Shown here: positions 14,151 through 24,289 of the stretch, in pieces
How the letters are laid out: the number at the start of each line of letters is the position of its first letter
Numbering within the stretch: position 1 is the stretch's first letter
Program-made: the position numbers and the translations under genes
The notes under the pieces: generated by a model
Seen by the model: the letters and a program-made list of their open reading frames with translations, nothing else
Told to the model about the DNA's origin: nothing
Database searches by the model: none
NCBI RefSeq assembly: GCF_009914755.1
Contig: NC_060932.1
Strand: one strand, 5' to 3'
From: the human T2T-CHM13v2.0 reference genome, Homo sapiens
Length of the DNA stretch: 64,000 bases

Positions 14151-16170
14151 TTCTAATATCCAGTGGGGGAGAGGATGATATTGCTTCCAATGTCACAGAA
14201 GGTGTACACCCCCCTGTGATATTGTTCCTAATATCCAGGGAAGGAGAGGATGATATTATTCCCAATATCACTGGGGGTGTACCACCTCCCGCCGGGATAT
14301 TGTTGCTAATATCCGGAGGTGGAGAGAATGATGTTACTTCCAATATCACAGGGGGTGTACACCACCCCTGTTTGTAAACACCCCCTGTGATATTGCTCCA
14401 AATGGCCTGTGAAAGAGTAAATATTACTCCCATTATCGCAGGGGGTGTTCAGCCCTGCTGATATTGTTTTCTAACATCCAGGGAAGGAGAGTATGATATT
14501 ACTCCCAATATGGCAGGGGTTGTACAACTTTTTGTGTTATTGCGCCCAATATCCAGGGAAATAGAGGATGATATTACTCCCAATATCGAAGTAATTCTAC
14601 AGCACCCCTGTGATATTCTTCCTTATATCCAGAAAGGAAAAGAATGATACTACTCCCAACAGCGTAGGAAATGTACACCTGCGCTATGATATCTTTCCCA
14701 GTATCCAGGAGGGGAGAGGATCATACTGCTTCCAATATCGCAGGGCGTGTACACCCCCTCTGTGATTTGTTGCTAACGTCCAGGTTTGGGGAGAACGACA
14801 TTACTCCCAATATCGCAGGGGGAGTACAACTCCCGTGACCTTGTTAGTCATTTCCTGGGTGGAGAGGATGATCTTACTCCCAATATCGCAGGGGGAGTAC
14901 ACACCCTTGTGAAAATCTCCCTAATATCCAGAGGGAGAGAGGATAATATTACTCCCAGTACTGCAGGGGGTTTACACAGCCCTGTGATACTCTTCCTAAT
15001 ATCCACAGGGAAAGAGGATGATATGACTTCCAATATCGAAGGGGGCTTATGCAACCCTGTGATATTGTTCCTAATATCCAGAGCGAAAGAGGATGATATG
15101 ACTCTCAATATCACAGGGGGTATACACCCCTCCTGTACTATTGTCCTGAATACCCTGGGAGGGAGAGGATAAGGTGACATTGAATATCGCAGGGAATGTA
15201 CACCCTCCTCCTCTGATACCCTTCCTAATATCCAGGGGAAGAGAGGATAATTTTAGGCCCAATATCGCAGAGGCAGTACACCCCTCCTGTGATGTTGTTC
15301 CTAATATGCAAGTGGGGACAGGATGATACTACTCCCAATATCGCAGGGCTGTTCACATCCCCAGTTTCATATTTCCTAATATGTAGGGGAGAGACAATTA
15401 TATGACAGCAAATGTCACAGAGTCTGTACATCCCTTCCTCGTATTGTTCCTAATATCCATGGGGGAAGAGGATGATATCAAATATCAAAGGGGGTGTACA
15501 CACCCCACCCCTACGATCTGCTCTCAATATTCTTGAGGGGAGACGATGATATTACTCCAAATATCGCAGGGGTTGTTCACACCCCCCTGTGATATTGTTT
15601 CTAATATCCGCGGGGGGGAGAAAATAATATTACTTCCAAGATTGCAGGTGGTGTAAACCCCACCTGAAATATCGCACCGAATATCCAAAGAGGGAGAGGA
15701 TGGTATTCATACCAACATCGAAGTGTGTGTACACGCCCCTTGTGATATGGTTTTTAATATCCAGGGGGCGGGAGGATGATATGATTCCCAACATCCCAGA
15801 GGCTGTACACTACCCCTGTGATGTTGTCCCTAACTTCCAGAAGGGAGAAATTGATATCACTCCCAATATCTCAGAAGTTGTACATCCTCCGTGATATTGT
15901 TCGTCATATCCAGGGAGGCACAGGATGACATTCCATTGAATGTCGCGACAGACGTACACGCACTGTGTGATATTGTTCCTAATATCCACGAAGGGAGAGG
16001 ATGATATTACTCCCAGTAAAGCAGTGGGTGTACATTATCCCTGTGTTATTGTCTCTAATATCCGGAGCCGGGGGAGGGGAGTAGAGGATAACATTCCCTC
16101 AAATTTAGCAGGCGGTTTGACGCCCCTTGTGGTGTTGTTTTAAATATGCAGCGGGGAAGACTTTAATACT
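14150..16170. repeat. SATR1-type satellite
   Basis: ~75-bp purine-rich unit ...ATCCAGGGGGAGAGGATGATATTACTCCCAATATCGCAGGGGGTGTACAC... Confidence 0.8.
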
Positions 16171-19100
16171 ATTTTGGATAGTCCGATTCACCTGCTCCAC
16201 CTTTCCAGAACTCTGAGGCCAGGAGGCGGCATGCAGTTTCCGTGTGATCCCCAATACCTTTGCCGTCTTCTGTACCAAGTCAGCCACAAACGCAGGCCCG
16301 TTATCTGAGCCGATCCGTAAGGGCAGTCCAAATGTAGGAATCAGATCTGGAGGAAGCACAGGGGTTACTTTATGAGCTTTCTCAGTTCGTGTTGGATAAG
16401 CCTCCACCCACCCAGAGTAGGTACACCCAAGAACTAGTAAATGCTTGTTACCTCCACACTTTGGCACCTCTGTGAAGTCTACCTGGAGATCTTCAAAGGG
16501 GGCTGCTCCATAAGCTTGTATGCCGGACGGAACAGCTGGACCTTGCCTCGCATTATGCTGTCGGCAGGTAACACACCACTGGGGCACCGTTTTGACAAGG
16601 GCTGACAAATGCGAGATGTGGAAATACCAGCCTACCAACTTTTCCAGTGACTCCTGACCTAGATGGGTGGTTTTCTGCGCAGCCAGTACAACTGCAGCTC
16701 CTAGCAGCTGTGGCACAGCTACTCTGCCATCTGGTAACTGAATCCATCCTTCCTCCATCACTTGTCCTTCCCTCTACCTGGAGAAAGTCCTTTTCTTCCT
16801 TAGAATAAGTAGGTCCAAGATCAGGTGCTTGAGGGAGCAGAGGGGCTGTGACTGATGCCCGGAAGGGGGCAGATGCTGCTTGTCGAGGCTCTGAGTCAGC
16901 ACGGGAGTTCCCCAAACCCACCAAGGTGGAAGCTCGCTGGTGTCCTCTGCAATGCACAACTGCCACCTTGTGGGGTTTCCATACTGCTTCTGATAATTGC
17001 AAGATTTCTTGTGGTTACTTTCTGTCTTTTCCCCCAGAGTTCAGCAGGCCTTTTTCTTTCTATCATGCTCCATGCACTTGAAGGGTTAAAAAGGCATACA
17101 GAGGATCAGCGTAAATGTTGACAGTCTCACCTTCACTGAGTTCTAAAGCCCAAATTAAAACAATGAGTTCAGCTTTCTGAGCTGAAGTGCCCTGGGGCAA
17201 AGATCTGGCTTTAACAACAGTGTCCAGGGTTACCACTGCATACCCTGCACCTCTCTCTCTTTGGGGGTTGAAGAAGCTGCTCCCATCCACCTATAGTTCC
17301 TGGTCTGCTGATGCCTAAGTCTGGTCCCAGAGGTCAGGTCTGCTAGAGTCAACAGAGTCCAACACTTCTATACAATCATGATCGACAGGGCTCTCTGATA
17401 CCGGGAGCAAGGTGGCAGGGTTTAGGGTGTTACAAACTTCAATGGTTATACGGAGATTTTCACGGAGCAAAGTTTGGTACTTGGTGAGTCTGGCATTCGT
17501 TACCCAATGACGTCCTTTAGTATTCATTAAAGTCACCACAACACGGGAGGCCTTTATGTTCAGGTTTTGGCCAAGAGTCAGCTTATGTGCTTCTTGTACT
17601 AGCAGGGCAGTTGCTGCCAAGGCCCTCAAACACGGGGGCCATCCTTTCTGCCAGGGCCCCACAGTTTGGGTTCAAAGTCCAGCTGCCATTTTTTCTCTCT
17701 CTGATGCATACAATGGAAAAGGCTTTGTCAGATCAGGTAGCCCCAGGGCTGGGGCTGACATAAGTTTTTTCTTTAACACATGAAAGACTTGCTGTTGTTG
17801 GGATCCCCATTCAAAAATTCCTGGTCCCCGCCCCCTTGTGACCTCATACAAAGGTTGGCTAATACTGCAAAATTTGGGATCCACAGTCTACAAAACCCCA
17901 GGGCTCCTAAGAATTCTCTCACCTGCCTTCTGCTCTTAGGCTCTGCTAGATTGCAAATGACCTGCATTCTTTCTGATCCCAGGCTGACTTCCCCCTTTCG
18001 GATAGTAAATCCCAAGTAATGTACCTGCTGTTGGCAGATCTGAGCTTTCTTCTTGGACACCTTCTACCCACAGTCCTCCAGGTGCTGGTGTAGGGCATCT
18101 GTTCCCTTGGCGCACCCGACTGCCGTGGGGTGTCCCAGCAAACGGTCATCAACCTACTGGAGAAACATGCAGCCTAGGTCTCTGCTGGGAAACTTCTGGA
18201 AGTCTCCAGCCAACACCTCCCCGAAAATGGTGGGGGAGTTCTTGAACCCTTGGGGAAGCCCAGTCCAAGTGTACTAAGTAGTGACACCTGACTCCAGATC
18301 TTCCCACTGAAAGGCAAACAGCTTCTGCCTCTCAGGGGCTAATCTGATAGGCAAGAAAGCATCTTTCAGGTCCAAGCAGGTGAACCAGCTGTCCTCAGCT
18401 GTCAGCAACCCCAACAATGTGGACGGGTTAGGTACTGTTGGATGTAAAGTCAGTGTAGCTTGATGAAGCAAGCGCAAATCCTGTACTGGCCTGTAGTTCT
18501 TGGTCCGTGGCTTGGGAACAGGCAGGAGGGGAGTGTTCCATGGAGACTGACAAGGAACTCTAATTCCAAAAGGTCTTAGGTGCTTGAGATGGACCTGGAT
18601 ACCTTGAAGGGCTTCTCTGGGGACCGGGTCCTGTTTTTACCTAACCGGCTGGGCCCCAGGCTTCACTTCTATGAGTACAGGGGCTTGGTTGACTGCCAGC
18701 CCTGGAGGGTTGTCTTCCGCCCGTACTCTTGGCCATCGCTTAGCCAGAGCTGGTCTTATCTCTTGGTCCAGCTCAGTGAAGAAAAGTCTCCATTCCTCCT
18801 CTCGGGAGACTATAAGGGTCATAACGACTCCCGTTCCAGGTAACTTTAGCAGCAAAGAGCCGTGCTCTGTCAAAGAGATAGTGGCTCTCAGCTTGCTAAG
18901 CAAGTCCCTTCCCAACAAGCGCAAGGGACAGTTAGGCGTGTACAAAAACTGCTGAATGACTTTAGGTCCTCCTACAGTACAAGTCCGAGGCAAGCAGAAA
19001 GCTTGCTTTGCTGAAACCCCCGTGGCTGCGATGATGTCAATAGTCTTTTTGGATAAGGGGGCGACCGGGGTGGTTACTAGCGAATGTTCAGCACCAGTAT

Positions 19101-19179
19101 CTACAAGAAAATCAGTGTCTCTACCCCCGACTGTCGTTCTGACCAGAGGCTCTTTGAGGACACTTGAGCCCAGTCTCCC
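16171..19179 (-). pseudogene. ERV pro-pol (protease, RT, RNase H, partial integrase), disrupted
   Basis: FLVDTGAEHS (protease, ~19080-19110); LDLKDAF and PQGFKNSPT (RT); YVDD mutated to *VDD (TAG at 18154-18156); DGSSF/SAQKAEL (RNase H); LQVDFTE, SDNGPAF, PQSSGKVE (integrase); several stops and frameshifts. Confidence 0.92.
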
Positions 19180-20697
19180 TCAGTCCAATAACCTTTCTGC
19201 CAGGTTGAGCAGGGCCCCTTCCTCCTTGTCTGGGGCCTCCTGCTCTGAGTCACCTTGTTTTCTTTTGAGCTGAGGGCATTTGTTCTTCCAACATCCTATT
19301 TCTGTACAATAAGCACACTGGTTACACTGCAAACTCTGACAGCCAAGCTGAGTTTCTTTCCCAGGGCCCCCCTTCCCTTGCCTCTCTCAGGGGGCCCCTC
19401 TGATTGCTGCAGCTAACAAACAGGTCGGTGTTTCCCCGGGCCTGACATTCATTCTCTTTGCAGTTTTCCTCACGGCTTACTGCACCCCTGTTTACAAACA
19501 CCTGGTTAGCTATTTCTAATTATTGCGATGTATTCATCCCTGCAAGCCCAGCCTGTTTCTGCAGTTTTCTTCTCATGTCTTCTGCGCTTTGACTGACTAA
19601 AGCCATGTGAATCATGCGCTGATTATCAGGGCTATCGGGATCAAAGGGAGTATACATACGATAGGCCTCCCACAGTCTCTCGTAGAATTGTGCTGGACTT
19701 TCTTCTTTTCCCTGAATGACCTCAGAGAGCTTGTTAACGTTTGTGGCCTTCTGAGCTCTCCTCTGTAATCCTTCCAAGAGAGCTTCCCTGTCTCAGTTGA
19801 GCCTTTGCATATCCCCTCTTTCATGTGGGTCCCACTGGGGGTTGGTTCCTCCTAACTGGGTCCTTAGATAGTCTCGGGGTTTTTGATAATCAGCTGGTGT
19901 ATGTTCCTCTAGCCACTTAGTTGCTGCTTGGAGCACTCTCTGCCTTTCATCTCTGTGAAAGAGGAACATGAGCAACTGGTGGCAGTCAGCCCAGGTGAGG
20001 TTGTGGGTCTGGATAACAGCTTGGAGCAAATCAATTAGGGCTTGTGGCTTTTCAGTATAGGACAGGGTATTGTTTTGCCAGTCGAGAAGGTTGGCAGAGG
20101 TGAAGGGCTGGTACACAAAAATGCGCCTCTCCACTACGTGACCATCCTCATCTATCCCAGTATACCGCTGCTCTCTCGGGGGCATTTGGATCCCCATTTG
20201 GGGTTGTAAAGGAGCTGCCAAGGGAGGGGTTTCTCCTAAGTCCTCACCTCCTCTCTTGTCTACTCTCGGTGGCCTAGGGATATGCTTGTCTTGCGGAGGT
20301 GCAAGCACTGTGGGCTCAAGAGTGGGGAGCCTCTTTCCCTGGTAAGGGGAGGGCACCACTAGGATCACTGGTGCCATCTCCTGCAATGCATCCTCTTATG
20401 CTGGGTGGAATAGAACTTCAGGAGTTGATTTCCCTGGGCGGGTGGAGCAGGATCCTTCCTTAGGTATCTGTCCCTTTGCTACTAGTACTGTTGCTGCCTG
20501 CCCTCTTAGCCACTGTGGGAGGGTCTAGCACCAGCCGTCACCAAGTGTCTATGTATACGAACTGGTCTAGGTATCGTTTACCAGTTACCTTGTGCCACAC
20601 CTTAGAAACAAGGGACCTGTCCAGGCTTCCTTCTGATGGCCGACCCACTTCTAATGGTGGGCAATCTATTTCTGACAAGGTTCTAAGTTCCCCTGGT
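19180..20697 (-). pseudogene. ERV gag (matrix 5'-deleted, capsid, nucleocapsid)
   Basis: PGELRTLSEIDCPPLEVGRPSEGSLDRSLVSKVWHKV (matrix); major-homology-region-like VIQGKEESPAQFYERL; zinc knuckle CAYCTEIGCWKNKC; TGA at 19180-19182 before pro. Confidence 0.9.
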
Positions 20698-20764
20698 GGT
20701 CTAGTGGTTGGGATTTGGCGCTCTCACTGCTGCTGCCCGCATTCGATTCCTGATCAGGGAACCA
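20690..20764 (+). tRNA. tRNA-Glu(CTC) pseudo-copy with encoded CCA, embedded at the ERV primer-binding site
   Basis: CCCCTGGTGGTCTAGTGGTTGGGATTTGGCGCTCTCACTGCTGCTGCCCGCATTCGATTCCTGATCAGGGAA+CCA; about 62/72 identical to recalled human tRNA-Glu-CTC; anticodon CTC at 20723-20725; several mismatches are CpG-type decay. Probably non-functional. Confidence 0.9.
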
Positions 20765-20769
20765 AGAAA

Positions 20770-21126
20770 TCAAATAGGAGAAGCAGGGGACCAAGTCCCT
20801 CAGACAGCGGATTCGAGAAGAAAGAGGTTTTTTGTTCAGCCGGGAACGTCGGCAGACTCGCATCTTAAGAGCCCAGCTCCCTGAAGGAAGACAGAGTTCC
20901 TGGCCCGTTTAAGGGCTTACAACTCTAAGGGGTTCCACGTGAAAGGGTCGTGATGGATTGAGAGCACATGTGCTTAGAGTGGGGGTGGTTAATCTTTTCA
21001 TCTCAGGCCGGCTCATCATTGCCACCAGCTGGTCTTGCCACCGACTTCATTCCTGTTGTTTTTCCAGTTTTACTTCCCCCTCCTCTTCAGAGACAAGAGA
21101 CAGTAGAGAAATGGCTTCTCTCCTCA
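20770..21126 (-). mobile_element. LTR2-family LTR (5' LTR of the provirus)
   Basis: Starts TG at 21126; contains GCTCTCAATCCATCACGACCC..CCCCTTAGAGTTGTAAGCCCTTAAA typical of LTR2; polyA signal appears mutated (AACAAA); followed by TTTCT-PBS. Confidence 0.75.
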
Positions 21127-22570
21127 GGGCGACAGGATGATATTACTCCCAATATCGCAGGGGGCGTACACAGCCCTGTGATATTGTTCCTAATATCCAG
21201 AGCGAAAGAGGATGATATGACTCTCAATATCGCAGGGGGTGTACACCCCTCCTGTAATATTGTTCTTCATACCCTGGGAGGGAGAGCATAAGATGACATT
21301 GAATATCGCAGGGAATGTGCACCCTCCGCCTCTGATACACTTCCTAATATCCAGGGGAAGAGAGGATAGTTTTACTCCCAATATCGCAGAGGCAGTACAC
21401 CACCCCCCGCCCCGTGATATTGTTCCTAATATCCAAGAAGGGAGAGGATGATACTTCTCCCAGTCAAGCAGTGGGTGCACATTACCCCTGTGTTATTGTC
21501 TCTAGTTTCCGGGGGCGGAGAGGATAACATTCCCTCAAATTTGGCAGGTGGTTTCACGCCCCTTGTGGTATTGTTTTTCATATCCAGCGGGGGAGACAAC
21601 AATACTACTCTCAATATCACAAGAAATGTGCATCCCCCTATGATATTGCTACTAATATCCAGGGGTAGAGAGAATGATGTTACTCCTAATATAGTCAAAG
21701 TGTCCACCCCCTTCTTTGCTATTGTTCTTCATATATGGAAGGCAAGTATGATATGACTCTCAATATGAAAGGAGGAATACACGCCCCTGTGATATTGTTG
21801 TCAGTAGGCAGTGGAGGAGAGAACGATATTACCCCCAATATCGCAGGAAGTGTACACCCCTCTGTGATCTTGTTCATAAGGTTCAATGGAAAAGATGATC
21901 TTGCTGGAAATATGGTAAATACGCTGTGTGTCCACAGTGGCTGCTAACATGCAGGGAGGGAAGGGGGTTGATATTACTCTGCGCATCAGCGGAGGGTGTC
22001 CACGCCCCTGAGATGTGGCTCCTAATATCCATGGGGAAGGGGGATATATATTACTCCCCACATCACTGGGGGTGTCTACCCCCCCGCGATGTGGCTCGTA
22101 ATATCGGGGGTGGGGGGGGGTGATATTTCTCCCCGCATCGCGGGGGTCGCCCGCCCCCGTGCGATGTGTATCGTAATAGCAAGGGAAGGAGAGGGGGATG
22201 ATATTACTCCCCGCATCGTGGCAGAGTCTATCACAGATCAGGATACTATCCACCCCCTGGGATATGGGGAGTACACCCGCTGTCATATTGGGAAAAATAT
22301 CATACTCTTCCCCCCTGAATATTAGGAACAATATCATGGAGGGGGTGTTCATCCCCTGCCATATTGTGAGTCACGTCATTTTCTCTACCCCTGGACATCA
22401 AGAACAATGTCACAGGGGTGGTGTACAACCCCTGCGAAACTGGGAGATATATCTTCCTCTCCACCTTTGGATGTGAGGGACAATATCACAGGGGAGGTCT
22501 ACACCTTCTGGATTATTGGGATTAATACCGTGCTGTCCCCGCCCGGATATTAGCAACAAGATCACAGATA
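21127..22570. repeat. SATR1-type satellite
   Basis: Same ~75-bp unit, with a CpG-rich variant stretch at ~21950-22220. Confidence 0.8.
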
Positions 22571-22579
22571 TTAAGTGGA

Positions 22580-23080
22580 ATGGCACGATATTACTTATCA
22601 CAATTAATAATATCACTTTTAATATCAATATTACTTATCGCAATTAATATCAATTTCAATATCAATATTACTTATCGCAATTAATAATAATAATAGTAAT
22701 GCAATTAATAATTAATAATCTATAATATCCATTTTAATATCAATATTACTTATCGCTATTAATAATATCAATTATTAATTGATACTAATAATTATCAATA
22801 TTAATAACTGATAATATAATTTTAAAAATCATACCAATAATAATGATAATTAATATTAAATAGTTATACAAATGATAATAAATGATTCATATTAATGATT
22901 AATAACGCCTGATATTAATAACTGATATTGATCTTATTCATTAGAAAACAGTAATATTAGCTCCTAATAATTAATATTAATATTAATAACCTGAACACTT
23001 TATTAGCAATTATTTATTAATATTAATATTGGTAATTCATATTCATGTGAATAATAAATGAGGAAAGATGAATACGAATC
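22580..23080. repeat. Very AT-rich low-complexity block, copy 2
   Basis: Internal repeats of AATATCAATATTACTTATCGC; homologous to 590-930. Confidence 0.85.
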
Positions 23081-24230
23081 TTACACCTAATATCTCAGTG
23101 GGTGTACACCCACCTGTGATATTGTTCCTAATGTCCAGGGAGGGAGAGAGCATGATATTCCGTTCAATATCGCACTAGGTGTACACCCACCCGGTGATAT
23201 TGATCCGAATATAATCTCCAGGGGGTGGAGTATGACGTTACTTCCAATATAGCACTGGGTGTGCATCCACCCGGTGATTTTGCTCCTAATATTCACGGAA
23301 GAAGAGAATGCTATTACTCCCAGTATGGCAGGAAGTGTACACCCCTTCTGTGACATTGTTCCTAATATCCGGAGGGGGAGAGGGTGATATTACTCGCAAT
23401 ATCGCAGGCTGTGTACACCCACCCTCTAATGTTGTTCCTAGTAGCCCGGAAGCGAGAGGACGATATGACTCCCCACACAGCAGGAGGTGTACACCCATCC
23501 GGGGATATTATTCCTAATATCCATGGAGAGGAGAGGCTGATATTACTCCCAATATCGCAGGGGGTGTACATCCAGTCTTGATACTGTTCTTAATATTCAA
23601 AGGCGGAGAAGTTGATATTACTCCCAATATCACAGAAAGTGTACAAACCCGTGTGATATTGTTTCTACTATCCAGAAGAAGAGAAGATGATATCACCCCC
23701 CCCCCCCCCCCATCACAGGAGGTGTACACCCACTCTGTGATATTTTTTCCAATGTGCAGGGCAGGGGAGGATAATATTCTTCTTAATAGCACTGGGTGTG
23801 TACAGCCCCACTGTGATATGGTCCTTAATATTCCAAGGCGGAGAGGATGATCTTACTCCCAATACTGCAGAAAGTGTACACCACCCCAGTGATATGGTTC
23901 CCATGATCCAGGAGAGAAGAGGATGATATTACTTTCAATATCGCACGGGGTGGACACACCCCCAGTGATATTGTTCCTAATTTCATCGTGGGAGAGGATG
24001 ATACTACACGGAATGCCCCTAGGGGTAAAAACACTCCTGTGATATTGTTCTTAATATCAAGGGGAAAGAGAATGCTATTACTCCAAAGAGTGCAGAGGAT
24101 GTGCACCCGTCGGTGACATCGTTGGTAATTTCCAGAGGCGGAGAAGATATTACTGACAATAACGTGAACACGCTGTGTGACCACCGAGGATCCTCATATT
24201 CACGGGGGGAGAGGGGGTTGATAGGACTCC
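23080..24230. repeat. SATR1-type satellite
   Basis: Same unit; its start is homologous to 930-1460. Confidence 0.78.
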
Positions 24231-24289
24231 CCCCTTTTTCCTGGGATCTTTTGTCTACTGCCCCCCTTGGTTCACACCCTGGAACATTG

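Larger units (their letters stand above)
16171..21126 (-). mobile_element. Defective HERV-E-like (class I, tRNA-Glu-primed) provirus: 5'LTR-PBS-gag-pro-pol, truncated in integrase
   Basis: LTR2-like LTR; PBS TGGTTCCCTGATCAGGAA; gag and pol homology in many broken ORFs; no env or 3' LTR present. Confidence 0.9.

Noticed and set aside
16105-16761. 218-aa integrase ORF as a functional gene
   Set aside because: Truncated just after the core motif and running into satellite; upstream pol is broken and the leader is deleted.
20690-20764. Functional tRNA-Glu gene
   Set aside because: Encoded CCA, stem mismatches, B-box G53A and position at a PBS indicate a reverse-transcribed copy.
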